NCBI GenBank assembly: GCA_964607805.1 | Contig: CAZSLF010000001.1 | Location: 78,613 to 142,612 of the forward strand | Direction of reading: 5' to 3' | Source: an uncultured Candidatus Saccharibacteria bacterium | GTDB taxonomy: Bacteria; Patescibacteriota; Minisyncoccia; Phycocordibacterales; CAIZLB01 | Length of the DNA stretch: 64,000 bases | Shown here: positions 18,145 through 28,189 of the stretch, one piece after another | How positions within the stretch are numbered: the stretch's first letter is position 1 | Layout: each line of letters begins with the position of its first letter | The notes under the pieces: model-generated | What the model was told of the DNA's origin: nothing | What the model saw: the letters and a program-made list of their open reading frames with translations, nothing else | Database searches by the model: none | Translations under genes and position numbers: made by a program

Positions 18145-19707
18145 CTAATTTAATCTCAAATATTCAGAAACTTTATTGATAACATCTGATTTAATTACAG
18201 ATGCTGATTCAGTATTACTTTCAGATTTTATTGGAAAACGATATTTTGAGAATTTAATTGTTTCCAACATGTTTTTAAGAGCATTTTGTGAAGAGGCTTC
18301 GTTACCCTCAACAGCTTGAGCTAAAAAGGCATATACCGCACTATCACTTTTTACAACAACCCATCTACCAATTACTGTTTGTCCTTCAACTGTATCAGCA
18401 TAATCAAGAATTCCTACTTCAATACCATTTATAGTTTCTTTGCTAAATGTATACTCTTCAACGCTGCCTTCTGCTTTAAATTCCTCCATAACAGGTGTAA
18501 ATGATTCTTCAGCAATTTCATATGCACTCATTTTTTTAGTTTCCCTACCAGGATTAAACATTTTAGCATCAATTATTGCGTGATAGGGTACATCTTCTGC
18601 ACCAGCATTTACAACCTTTGTATTTTCGTCAACAAAATGGGCAAATGATAATGGATCGGTCCCCGCGTTGACGTACTTCCACCCTGAACTTTCGGGATAT
18701 GAAAAGTTAATTCCATACCCTGAATACGTGCCATCTTTTATAATGACAGATTCACTTCCACTTGGTGCATCCGCGCTTTCTACACCTTCTTTTATTTCAT
18801 CAATAACATACTTAATTTCAGCCCTAGCTTCCGGATTTACCCAAATTACTCCTGCCAAAATAATTGGTGAGAAAATAATAATTAATCCTCCAATCCAAGT
18901 CATAACTTTTAGCCATGCAGGCGTGGCTACTACTGGCGATGAAGCTAGTGTGAGGGTAAGCTCTTTATATAATTTATAGAAATAGATCATTATTACTACA
19001 CTTAGTGCAATCATTCCTAAAAATACAACAATAACGAAAGGAATCATGAGTAGAATCCCTAGAATTACAATTTTCTTGAAAAGCAGCGCAATTATAAGGC
19101 CTACTAAAACCGCGGCCAAGATATAGCCTAATATCGCAACTAGAGGGAATAGTAGTTTACCAATTACTCTCCACGCCCGCCCGCTCACAAGCTGCTTTGA
19201 GAACACAAGGGCCTGAAGCCCTTTCTTATCATCAATAAGATTTGAAAATGTTGCGAAGATAAACCAAACACAAAAGAAAATTCCTGGAATAATTCCTAGA
19301 ACTAGACCTGCAATCACTACAACCATTACCAAAATAGATACCCAAATATATGAAAGAACCTTTTTAAAAGTTTCCTTCCACATATTCATAAAATCGACTT
19401 CTAGCCCTTGATCATATTTATGTGAGGACAATGGGATGATCATCCTCCCTGCAAACCCAAAAGCAATCATCGCAAGGAAAGCTGCAAAAGCTATTATCAC
19501 ACCGAGCCCAACCATAATCATGGTTACAATTTTAGACCCACCCAATATGGCAATAATAAGCGCTCCAATAGCTATAATTGATGGCAAAACAATATATTGT
19601 GCTGCTAAATTTACAAAAGTAGGAGTCATTAAAAAAAGCACATACATACCCCAGTGTGCCCTGAAAAGGATCAAAGAATCCTTAAATATTTGAATTGATG
19701 ATTTCAT
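18145..19707 (-). CDS. hypothetical polytopic membrane protein with extracytosolic C-terminal domain
   Basis: Track ORF 18145..19749 has a GTG start. The ATG at 19707 has an extended -10 (TGcTAGTAT) 7 nt upstream. Multiple TM helices. Confidence 0.6.
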   Translation of the reverse strand: MKSSIQIFKDSLILFRAHWGMYVLFLMTPTFVNLAAQYIVLPSIIAIGALIIAILGGSKIVTMIMVGLGVIIAFAAFLAMIAFGFAGRMIIPLSSHKYDQGLEVDFMNMWKETFKKVLSYIWVSILVMVVVIAGLVLGIIPGIFFCVWFIFATFSNLIDDKKGLQALVFSKQLVSGRAWRVIGKLLFPLVAILGYILAAVLVGLIIALLFKKIVILGILLMIPFVIVVFLGMIALSVVIMIYFYKLYKELTLTLASSPVVATPAWLKVMTWIGGLIIIFSPIILAGVIWVNPEARAEIKYVIDEIKEGVESADAPSGSESVIIKDGTYSGYGINFSYPESSGWKYVNAGTDPLSFAHFVDENTKVVNAGAEDVPYHAIIDAKMFNPGRETKKMSAYEIAEESFTPVMEEFKAEGSVEEYTFSKETINGIEVGILDYADTVEGQTVIGRWVVVKSDSAVYAFLAQAVEGNEASSQNALKNMLETIKFSKYRFPIKSESNTESASVIKSDVINKVSEYLRLN

Positions 19708-19776
19708 GCCAATAATACTAGCACAAAGGATTATTCTTGCCTCTCGCACATATAGGCATCCTTTTTTGGTCGTATA

Positions 19777-20262
19777 CTAAGCAATAGTGCGCAAAGAATA
19801 CTTCTTCAGATGCTCTCTCAACTTTTCATGATTAGGTAATTCCAAACCCACCAGATCCCAAAACTTTGGACCATGATTAAATTCTTTTAGGTGACATAAT
19901 TCATGAACAATAATATAGTCGGATAATTCTTGAGGCAGCAAAGACAATCTATAACTAAAATTCAGATTTCCCTTAGTTGAGCAACTCCCCCATCTTGATA
20001 CTGTATTTCGAATTGCTATTCTTCCAGACGGTTTGAGCTCAATCTTATGTTTTTCTTTATATAAATTTATATAAAAATTGATCTTTTCTTGAACTAGTGC
20101 ACGGGTAGCTGCTTTATATTTTAGATAATGCGCATTGGATTTTGCAGAAACCTTCCTTCTTCGGACCCTTCTTACTCGCACAGAACGACGAAGACGCAAT
20201 CGCAAGCCAGAGCTTTTTCTCGGTTTAACCAATTTTAAATTAAATAATTTGAAAATACGCAT
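19777..20262 (-). CDS. DUF45 / M48-like zinc metallopeptidase (YgjP-like)
   Basis: 161 aa. IIVHELCHLKEFNHGPKFW (HExxH). Its start overlaps the upstream stop (TAATG), suggesting translational coupling. Confidence 0.7.
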   Translation of the reverse strand: MRIFKLFNLKLVKPRKSSGLRLRLRRSVRVRRVRRRKVSAKSNAHYLKYKAATRALVQEKINFYINLYKEKHKIELKPSGRIAIRNTVSRWGSCSTKGNLNFSYRLSLLPQELSDYIIVHELCHLKEFNHGPKFWDLVGLELPNHEKLREHLKKYSLRTIA

Positions 20263-21140
20263 TATAAAAGTTTTGCCAATGCAATATTTCCATCCGAAGT
20301 ATATTTACCAATTTTATACGCACCCGACGCATATACTTGATAATTATTAATCGCCTGTGCTTGCTCGAGACTTTTCAAAATATAATCGCGCTCTTCGTCT
20401 ACATGTGTATCAATTGCATGGCTAATTTGATATGTTAATTTTGCAAAGCCAAAACCAATATCTTTTGTTCCAGCACCAACCCAAACTATAGGTTTCGTAT
20501 AATCAACTTCATGTTTTTTGTTCCAAAACCTAAAATCTAAGAACTCTGGCTCCTGTTTAATTTTTTCAGGATTATTATGCCATTCTTCAATATCATGCTC
20601 GTCAATATTCACGGCCCACAATCTAATATGATGACGCCGGCGAGGACTTGCTTGAATATTTGGCTGACCCGAAATATCAATTGCTTGCTCAAAACCAATA
20701 TCCTGTTTTCTTCCAAATAAATATAGTGCGCTAAAAGGTGCTGTGGGATATTTTTTGTTAGTAGTAAATGCAATCCCCATTTTTATACTAGACAAAACGC
20801 TTCTCTTATCTGCAATATGCCATCCTGCTTTTAGAAAAGCTTGCTCAAGTTGTTCTTTTGATCCAGCTAAAACAATATTTACAGGATCCGCCAATAAACC
20901 ATCGGCAGCTCGTGTAAATTTTGGAATTCTAGCTCCACGAATCGCAAATATAGTGACATGAATTATTCTAGGCAAAATTATATATGCCACTAGGATATAA
21001 GTTATGAAAATGGCCGCAAACATCGACCAAGAGTTTTCATACTCACGCCATACATGCGTGATTAAAAACCATACTGAGCCCAGAACTAATACCGCTACCA
21101 ATATACGCTGAATTATTCGGAAGGTTATATGCATATACAC
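20262..21140 (-). CDS. LssY C-terminal domain-like membrane protein
   Basis: 292 aa. Two N-terminal TM helices. DPVNIVLAGSKEQLEQAFLKAGWHIADK and HHIRLW patterns recalled from the LssY_C family. Confidence 0.5.
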   Translation of the reverse strand: MYMHITFRIIQRILVAVLVLGSVWFLITHVWREYENSWSMFAAIFITYILVAYIILPRIIHVTIFAIRGARIPKFTRAADGLLADPVNIVLAGSKEQLEQAFLKAGWHIADKRSVLSSIKMGIAFTTNKKYPTAPFSALYLFGRKQDIGFEQAIDISGQPNIQASPRRRHHIRLWAVNIDEHDIEEWHNNPEKIKQEPEFLDFRFWNKKHEVDYTKPIVWVGAGTKDIGFGFAKLTYQISHAIDTHVDEERDYILKSLEQAQAINNYQVYASGAYKIGKYTSDGNIALAKLL

Positions 21141-21154
21141 ATATAATACCCTAT

Positions 21155-21952
21155 TTATTGTTCAAATGAAGTCTGGAAAATACGAAGTCTGTCTATACTT
21201 ACGATCGTAGGATCAACAAATCCTCCTGTATAACCCACATCAAATTGGTTTTGACTTGTAAAAGCAGAGGCAGTAGCTGTGCCTTTGTTTACCTTTATAC
21301 CGTCTATATACAAACCTTGACCAGCACCGCCTACACTATGCAATACATAGTGCCATTTATCATTGTTATACATATTTGAAGAACAAATTCTTTCTGTAAC
21401 TACCGGCGCAGCACTTACCATAACACTTGCACATACTCGACCACCACTTAGCGATATATCTCTATCATATGTTGAAGGAGCGCCATTTAGAGATGCTTGA
21501 AATAATCCTCCTGAAGCCGCTGTAGTCTTAAACCAAAAACCGACAGCATAACTAGTTTCGCTCAAATTCGCCACTCCACTTAGATAAGTATCCCCTGGTA
21601 GACTAACATAATTACCATTTGTTTTTCCTACGGGGCTGTTAGATACAAAAGCTGCATTGTTTCCATTCATTGATAAACCACTATAGCCACCACCTGACTG
21701 CGCTAGGTCATTTTCAAGAAAATTTTCAAAATCATATTCATGTGTAGCTTGATCTCCTCGAGTATTATAAGTACTACTTTCAAACTTTTTACCAGCCGCC
21801 ATAACCGCTTTATCAGTTGATTGGTTCATGCTTGCAAAAAGTATACTAGCCAAAAAAGAGAGAATGGATATTACGACGAGAAGCTCAATCATCGTGAAAG
21901 CCTCTATGTAATGGGCTCTTTTATACCTATAAATCATAGTATTTCTATGCAT
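21155..21952 (-). CDS. prepilin-type N-terminal domain protein with LamG/concanavalin-like domain
   Basis: 265 aa. AFTMIELLVVISILSFLASI class III signal. Later ETSYAVGFWFK...DKWHYVLHSVGG...LYIDGIKV...IDRLRIF (LamG-like). Confidence 0.75.
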   Translation of the reverse strand: MHRNTMIYRYKRAHYIEAFTMIELLVVISILSFLASILFASMNQSTDKAVMAAGKKFESSTYNTRGDQATHEYDFENFLENDLAQSGGGYSGLSMNGNNAAFVSNSPVGKTNGNYVSLPGDTYLSGVANLSETSYAVGFWFKTTAASGGLFQASLNGAPSTYDRDISLSGGRVCASVMVSAAPVVTERICSSNMYNNDKWHYVLHSVGGAGQGLYIDGIKVNKGTATASAFTSQNQFDVGYTGGFVDPTIVSIDRLRIFQTSFEQ

Positions 21953-22057
21953 GTTTATATTATATCAAATAATTTTAAATTTATCTTTATTTTAACTTTA
22001 TCAAATTTTTACCCAAAATTGATGAGAATTTAACCTATCAAAATACATACTCTAAAT

Positions 22058-23980
22058 GTGAACATAAACACATATCTTGTTGACGGTTTGCATACTCTAA
22101 ATAAATTTAAGGAACAACCTGTATTCCTCACTATTATTGAGTTGAATATTCTTATGCGAATAAGTCAACTGGGGCAAGTCAAAAATATTCATTTACAAAA
22201 CCATATACTATCGAGAATCGCCTTTATTTTATCACAATTGTCTTCGAATTTTACACTGAACTATATCCCAAGGCATAAGGACTACTTATCTGAGGCCCAA
22301 TCATATCCCGACGATATAGATGATACTTTTTCCTTTCTCTATACATTACAAATACTGAATCCAACCCTCATAACCGCAGAACATATTGCAAATTTACTTA
22401 TTTCTCTTGAATCTATACGTTCCGCGGAAAAACCTTATTTATTCAATACTTGGTATGCCGATATATCCAAACCTAGCTGGCAATCAATAGATCCTGTTGT
22501 ATTAAGTTCAATCGCAGCCTTCTTTAAAAATCAAAATATATTGAGTAGCGAATTATCTGATTATGTATTTAGGTCAATAATTGATTTTAATGAGATAGAT
22601 ATGTGTAAGTGTATAGATGAGAATATGCACTTAGGCTTTACATGCTCTTGTCAGTCGAGTTCGGAATTTTATCACTCTTATCCCCTAGCGCTTTATCTTG
22701 TTACTCGTTTAATTTTCGATGAGTCAAAATCTGAAATTTTAGTGAAGCAAGTATTCAATAAAATACTACTTTTGCATAAAAATAAAGACATAGCTGGACC
22801 AAATATACATATTCATTTCTTATTTGCTTCCCTATTTCATATTTATAAAGCATATCCTCACCTCCCAATTTTTACCTCCATAAGTAAACATATTATTTTC
22901 AAGCAGGTTTTTGACATTAATTTTTTCAATACAGAAATCTTAGAATTCGATACTCCAGCTATTCCGACAAACCTATACATAGAATCTGTACAAAGTAATA
23001 CTTATACTTTTCAAACTTCTTCCTATATTGATTCTTTGATTAAATATGAAAGTCAGCTTGGTTATGAATATTTTAGAAATGATCTAAACACAAAACCTAT
23101 TTCAAGTGAGCTCGAACTAAGCAAAGACTCAATATATCAAGAATATATGGAGAATATTTGTTCGCTTATACCAGGTGGAAAGATTGTTTCTCAAACACTA
23201 ATTGCAGAGTTGATATCAAGTAAAGATTTTCAGATCTGCAAGGATATTGCTATTTCTAGTCTAGACCAAAACTTGAATCCCGCACAAACTGAGCATATTA
23301 AGAAATTATTAAATATGCATATTCTCGGGTTAGTGACCTACTATATTTATGACAAAGTAATAGACGAGGAATATGCTGCGGACTATATATCCGTATTTGA
23401 ACATCTCCAAATACTATTCCGAAGAAGATTGAGGCGAATTACAAAGAAGAAAAAGTTTGTCTATGAAAAAATACTCATGCAGACTGATATATTCTATGTA
23501 TTCCAGGGAGATAAAATAAACATAAACTTAACAAGGGCTGATGAGTACAAGTATCACTATAATAAATCTTTTGGGTCTTGTATTGTGCCGTTATTTATAT
23601 ATCCAGAGTTTGAAGCAGAACTAAAGCGATTTTATAAACACTATTTATTGGCCAGACAATTATTAGACGATTTCAAAGACTATACGTACGATAAAAAATT
23701 AAATAAATACACGACTATGAAATCATTTGAATTGCGAAGTGAAAATAATCTTCTGACTGACAAAAACAGTAATCTTAATATCCAAGCAATATTTAACGCC
23801 ATAGACGAAGAGTTAAATGAAGCCAAAATCAGTGCCGAAACAATATCCAGTGACTTAAAACACATATTACTCCAGTACACTGAAGAATTAATATCCCGAG
23901 TTTACAATTGTAGATTCGAACTGTCCGTTCTACGCGAAATCAAAAAACGGCAAATTACTAAAGAAATTATTTTGAACTAA
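22058..23980 (+). CDS. hypothetical cytoplasmic protein with terpenoid cyclase / isoprenoid synthase-like motifs
   Basis: 640 aa. GTG start. DDIDDTF (DxDDT-like) near residue 85 and LLDDFKD (DDxxD) near residue 535. No TM or signal sequence. Motif-level evidence only. Confidence 0.55.
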   Translation: MNINTYLVDGLHTLNKFKEQPVFLTIIELNILMRISQLGQVKNIHLQNHILSRIAFILSQLSSNFTLNYIPRHKDYLSEAQSYPDDIDDTFSFLYTLQILNPTLITAEHIANLLISLESIRSAEKPYLFNTWYADISKPSWQSIDPVVLSSIAAFFKNQNILSSELSDYVFRSIIDFNEIDMCKCIDENMHLGFTCSCQSSSEFYHSYPLALYLVTRLIFDESKSEILVKQVFNKILLLHKNKDIAGPNIHIHFLFASLFHIYKAYPHLPIFTSISKHIIFKQVFDINFFNTEILEFDTPAIPTNLYIESVQSNTYTFQTSSYIDSLIKYESQLGYEYFRNDLNTKPISSELELSKDSIYQEYMENICSLIPGGKIVSQTLIAELISSKDFQICKDIAISSLDQNLNPAQTEHIKKLLNMHILGLVTYYIYDKVIDEEYAADYISVFEHLQILFRRRLRRITKKKKFVYEKILMQTDIFYVFQGDKININLTRADEYKYHYNKSFGSCIVPLFIYPEFEAELKRFYKHYLLARQLLDDFKDYTYDKKLNKYTTMKSFELRSENNLLTDKNSNLNIQAIFNAIDEELNEAKISAETISSDLKHILLQYTEELISRVYNCRFELSVLREIKKRQITKEIILN

Positions 23981-24605
23981 AATGCTCTGCAAGTGGTTTA
24001 TCGTTTAAATAAATATCTACTGAAGCAGGCAGGAAAAATTGTTCAATAGTATTTTCAATCATAGCTTGTGCTCGGGGACCGTCACATACACCACCAAGCG
24101 GAAGCTTACCAACTATTTTTACTTCATATTCTCCTGGAACATCTTTAATACTTTCAAGAGTTAGCTTAGATGCGGCAAGAGAATTATTTGGGTCTTTTCC
24201 AAAGGATCCAGGTGTTGAGCTAGCAGCTGATTTAATTCCTTCAAAAAAACTATTTTTAAATAATCTTTCAAGTGTATATGTTGTAGCGTCTGATTTTGTA
24301 GCGCCATATTCTTCTCCAATTTCAATTTCATGTGGCAATAAACCGTCTCCACAGCCAATATTATTTTTATTATCTAAATCATCAACATATTTTCCTAAGT
24401 CGATATAGTATAGGTAGCCTTTTGTAAATGGCGCATCAAATACCTTCGATGGATCTGGGTGTAGAGCCATAACATCGCTATTCTCACCCATAGCACCGTA
24501 CTTTGCTTGGTATTTTGTAAAACCTACAAAGCCAAAGAGTGCAATTACTGCAACAATAAAGGATATTGCGAATACTTTTCGATTTGATTCTGGGATATTT
24601 GTCAT
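23967..24605 (-). CDS. hypothetical membrane-anchored protein
   Basis: Trimmed to the ATG at 24605, which has TAAAAT 7 nt upstream. N-terminal TM. Possible GerMN-like C-terminus (weak). Confidence 0.55.
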   Translation of the reverse strand: MTNIPESNRKVFAISFIVAVIALFGFVGFTKYQAKYGAMGENSDVMALHPDPSKVFDAPFTKGYLYYIDLGKYVDDLDNKNNIGCGDGLLPHEIEIGEEYGATKSDATTYTLERLFKNSFFEGIKSAASSTPGSFGKDPNNSLAASKLTLESIKDVPGEYEVKIVGKLPLGGVCDGPRAQAMIENTIEQFFLPASVDIYLNDKPLAEHFSSK

Positions 24606-24660
24606 AGTGACTATTTTACTATATATACACAAAAACGCTATTTAAAATACTATTTAGAGG

Positions 24661-25542
24661 CTATTTACCCATTCCTCTTAAAATTTCAATTCTTTTCTCA
24701 ATTGGTGGGTGCGTCATGAATAATCCATGCATACCCTTCATAGCTTTCGCTCCAAATGGGTTGGAAATATATAAGTGCGCTGTTGAGTCATTTGCATGCT
24801 GAAGTGGTGTCTTATATTGAGATATTTTTTCTAGCGCACTTGCCAAGCCTTCTGGATATCTTGTAAGAAGTGCTCCGCTGGCATCTGCCAAGTATTCTCT
24901 TTTTCTAGATATTGCCAGTCTAATCATTGCTCCAGCTAGAGGTGACAAAACAACCAATACAATTCCAATAATAACTAAAGGATTATTTCCTTCTCTTTTT
25001 CCACCTGTTAGTTGAGATCTTAAAAACATATCTGCAACTATAGATAAAAATCCAGCAAGGACTACAGCAATAGTTGAAATCAAAATATCTTTATTTCCAA
25101 TATGTGATAACTCATGCGCAAGCACACCTTCGAGCTCATTCTTATCAAGAGTTGCAAGAAGTCCAGTTGTCACAGCAATTGCAGCATGCTCTTTATTTCT
25201 TCCAGTCGCAAAAGCGTTCGGAACCGAATCGTCTATTATATAGAGCCTTGGTTTTGGTAGCCCTGCCGTGATAGCTAAATTTTCGACACTTCTATGATAA
25301 TCGACATAATCAGAAGGCGCTGCTTCGCGCGCCTTCGCCATCGCAAGTGCCACCTTATCCGAAAACCAATAACTAAATAGATTTAATCCAATACTAAAAA
25401 ACACTCCGACATAAAGAATTATCGGACTTTGATAGTAATAACTCAAAAACCATCCCACCATAATTATGAGGGCACATAAAAAGATCATGAGAAACCATGT
25501 CTTTGCATTATTTGAATCTTGATGTGTATAGAGTGTAGACAT
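24661..25542 (-). CDS. htpX: M48 family zinc metalloprotease HtpX
   Basis: 293 aa. HELSHIGNKD motif, four TM helices. Confidence 0.9.
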   Translation of the reverse strand: MSTLYTHQDSNNAKTWFLMIFLCALIIMVGWFLSYYYQSPIILYVGVFFSIGLNLFSYWFSDKVALAMAKAREAAPSDYVDYHRSVENLAITAGLPKPRLYIIDDSVPNAFATGRNKEHAAIAVTTGLLATLDKNELEGVLAHELSHIGNKDILISTIAVVLAGFLSIVADMFLRSQLTGGKREGNNPLVIIGIVLVVLSPLAGAMIRLAISRKREYLADASGALLTRYPEGLASALEKISQYKTPLQHANDSTAHLYISNPFGAKAMKGMHGLFMTHPPIEKRIEILRGMGK

Positions 25543-25544
25543 AG

Positions 25545-26120
25545 TTAAAACTTAACCTCCACAGGCTTTGAAGCCGCTTCTTTTTCATCTCCTAGTTCGA
25601 AGAAGACCATTTTGGCGAAATTGAACATCTTAGAAATAATATTTGAAGGAAATGTATCAACTAGAATATTTAGATCTCGCACATTGCCATTGTAAAAACG
25701 ACGTGCTGCCTGAATCTTATTTTCAGTATCAGACAATTCTCTCTGCAATTCCAAGAAATTCTGATTTGCTTTTAAATCAGGATAATTTTCACTAAGTGCA
25801 AAAATAGATTTAAGAGTACTGCTTAACATATTTTCCTTTTCCGCACGCTGCTCAACTGTTGCATGATCCTCTATCGCATTAATTGCTGAGTTTCTGGCTG
25901 AAACTACAGCTTCTAGAGTTCCACTTTCATGGGCCGCATATCCTCGAACCGTGCTAACTAGATTAGGGATCAAATCGTATCGGCGTTTTAATTGAACATC
26001 TATATCTGCCCAAGCTTCCTTGGCACGAGTCATGAACTTGATAAATTTATTATAAAGAGCGATAAAATATACTACCGCTAAAATCACTATAGCCGTAACT
26101 ATTATAAATGGTATTGTCAT
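25545..26120 (-). CDS. lemA: LemA family protein
   Basis: 191 aa. N-terminal TM, then AWADIDVQLKRRYDLIPNLV and ARRFYNGNVRDLN. Confidence 0.9.
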   Translation of the reverse strand: MTIPFIIVTAIVILAVVYFIALYNKFIKFMTRAKEAWADIDVQLKRRYDLIPNLVSTVRGYAAHESGTLEAVVSARNSAINAIEDHATVEQRAEKENMLSSTLKSIFALSENYPDLKANQNFLELQRELSDTENKIQAARRFYNGNVRDLNILVDTFPSNIISKMFNFAKMVFFELGDEKEAASKPVEVKF

Positions 26121-26133
26121 GCCATCAATTATA

Positions 26134-26991
26134 CTACTTATTCACATGAGGTACAGCACTTTTGCCGCCCGCCTGTCCAGTATTCCCTGTTCTTTTCGGA
26201 AGTGTTTGTCTAAGCATAGAATATATAAAGAAGATATTTAGAGGAATGGATAGTATCGCAATATTTAAAACTGGCACAATAAGCATGAACAAAGATACAA
26301 CTAAACCAAAAGTTCGAGAATACAATCCAATTGAATATGCAATTTTAAATGGTTTTTGCAAGCCATGCATTCTCAAAATAATATAAGCCAGTAGTCCATA
26401 TATAAGTGCCCAGAAAAGTGCGATAAGGTAAAAACTAACTAAAATTGGAAAGAATAATAAGAACGGCACATATTTTGCATGCTCTCGAATCCAAGTCGCC
26501 CTTTCAATAAACCATTCTTGATCAAGTGAAATATCCAGACCAGGAATTTCTGAGAACTTTGTTACGTCAGTGCTTACGCCATCTGTTCTTGAAATCACCC
26601 CTTCACTATTTACCAAAATAAAAGTATCTTTCTTATTTATATCTTCTTTTGTTAATTCAGTTGTTGTATCGAGAACAAATAAATTTGCATGCTGCTTTGC
26701 CTCACCAACAACACCGTTTGGCATAGGAATAATTACAGGATTTATATTTGAAAGTAGCGCTCCGTCCTTGATAATAATTTCAGCTCCAGCTGGCAAAAGT
26801 GTTCTAGCTTTTTTATCAAGAGTCGGAAGTATGCCTGAAATATTTATAGAAACAATAATAACGATAAATAAAGTAGCTACAACTTCAAGCTTGGCTACAT
26901 AGGTAAAACCCATTTTCTCCTTACCGTCTAAGACACTTTTATAAAAACTCTTTCTATTGAGGGAAGCAATAAACAAAGATAGGAATTTCAT
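26134..26991 (-). CDS. DUF1189-like polytopic membrane protein
   Basis: Track ORF 26134..27096 trimmed to the ATG at 26991, which has TGcTAAAAT 8 nt upstream. N-terminus FLSLFIASLNRKSFYKSV resembles DUF1189. Confidence 0.5.
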   Translation of the reverse strand: MKFLSLFIASLNRKSFYKSVLDGKEKMGFTYVAKLEVVATLFIVIIVSINISGILPTLDKKARTLLPAGAEIIIKDGALLSNINPVIIPMPNGVVGEAKQHANLFVLDTTTELTKEDINKKDTFILVNSEGVISRTDGVSTDVTKFSEIPGLDISLDQEWFIERATWIREHAKYVPFLLFFPILVSFYLIALFWALIYGLLAYIILRMHGLQKPFKIAYSIGLYSRTFGLVVSLFMLIVPVLNIAILSIPLNIFFIYSMLRQTLPKRTGNTGQAGGKSAVPHVNK

Positions 26992-27022
26992 ATTTTTTGA
27001 TTTTAGCATACTATTATTGGTA

Positions 27023-28189
27023 ATGGAAAAACGTTCAAACAACACAACCCACTTTAAGCCAGACCAAAATCTGCAAGACTTACAAAATTCTAGCACTCAT
27101 AGAAAATACTCTTTCACTATATTTAAAATAATATGCATACTCGCAATTGGAATTCTAATCGCATTTATTTGGAATATTGGAAATGCTAAAAATTTTCTTC
27201 TATCTGAAATTAACCTTATGAGCACTATCGATAAAGATTATGCGAACCTCACTCAACCAACAACAAGCACAGATCCTCAAGAAATATCTCTTCTCTTTCT
27301 TGGAGATATTATGCTCGATCGAGGAATCCGAGCTCAAATATCAAAACTGGGCTCAGACGAAGTATTTGTTCTATCTACAAAAAAGTTAAGCGATAACTAT
27401 GATCTAACAATTGCAAATCTAGAAGGACCAATCACAACTCACCCCTCTAAAACAATTGGGCCAGATGGTTTAGGCATACCTGGATTTTCATTTACCTTTC
27501 CAACATCGTCTGCAACTGCACTTAAAAAAAGTGGTATAGATATTGTAAGCCTGGCAAATAATCATACAGATAATTTTGGTCAAGAAGGATTGGCTCAAAC
27601 TGTAAAATGGCTCTCGCAGTCAAATCTAAAACACTTCGGAAATCCAACTAATTCTCCCAAATCTGAATCCCCGGTTAGTGCCATTTCCCAAATAATTTGC
27701 GAAAAAGAAATATGCATAGCTCTAATTGGCTACAACGAATTCACATACCAAAACGAAACAAATATTTTAGACGAGATTAAAGACGCACAAGAAAAAAATG
27801 TTGATTTTATAATTATCATGCCTCACTGGGGTGTCGAGTATGAAAATTTTCCAAGTACAAAACAAAAGACACTTGCTCATGCTTGGATAGATGCTGGTGC
27901 CGACCTAATTGTTGGTGCCCACCCCCACGTTATTCAATCTATCGAGACTTATAAAGACAAGAAAATTTATTATTCTATAGGCAATTATTTATTCGATCAA
28001 TATTTTTCATACGATACAACACATGGTCTGGCTCTAGGGATACATCTTGAAAAAACTACCGCTCCCGACTCCACGGTAATAAAATCAGTGGATCTACTAC
28101 CAATAGATAATACTAAAAGTATAACTCGACCTGCAGGCGAAGTTGATTCAAAAAAGATTCTAGATAAGTTGGCAGAAATTTCTATTTAA
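27023..28189 (+). CDS. CapA family (poly-gamma-glutamate synthesis / metallophosphatase-like) protein
   Basis: LLFLGDIMLDRGI, ANLEGPIT, VSLANNHTDNFGQEG, HWGVEY, GAHPHVIQ. Start trimmed from 26957 to avoid overlapping the divergent gene. Confidence 0.8.
   Translation: MEKRSNNTTHFKPDQNLQDLQNSSTHRKYSFTIFKIICILAIGILIAFIWNIGNAKNFLLSEINLMSTIDKDYANLTQPTTSTDPQEISLLFLGDIMLDRGIRAQISKLGSDEVFVLSTKKLSDNYDLTIANLEGPITTHPSKTIGPDGLGIPGFSFTFPTSSATALKKSGIDIVSLANNHTDNFGQEGLAQTVKWLSQSNLKHFGNPTNSPKSESPVSAISQIICEKEICIALIGYNEFTYQNETNILDEIKDAQEKNVDFIIIMPHWGVEYENFPSTKQKTLAHAWIDAGADLIVGAHPHVIQSIETYKDKKIYYSIGNYLFDQYFSYDTTHGLALGIHLEKTTAPDSTVIKSVDLLPIDNTKSITRPAGEVDSKKILDKLAEISI

Noticed and set aside
26957-27096. Overlapping divergent starts of track ORFs 26134..27096 (-) and 26957..28189 (+)
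   Set aside because: Both extended N-termini lack features. Internal ATGs (26991 and 27023) give proper N-terminal sequences, and 26991 has a correctly spaced -10 box.
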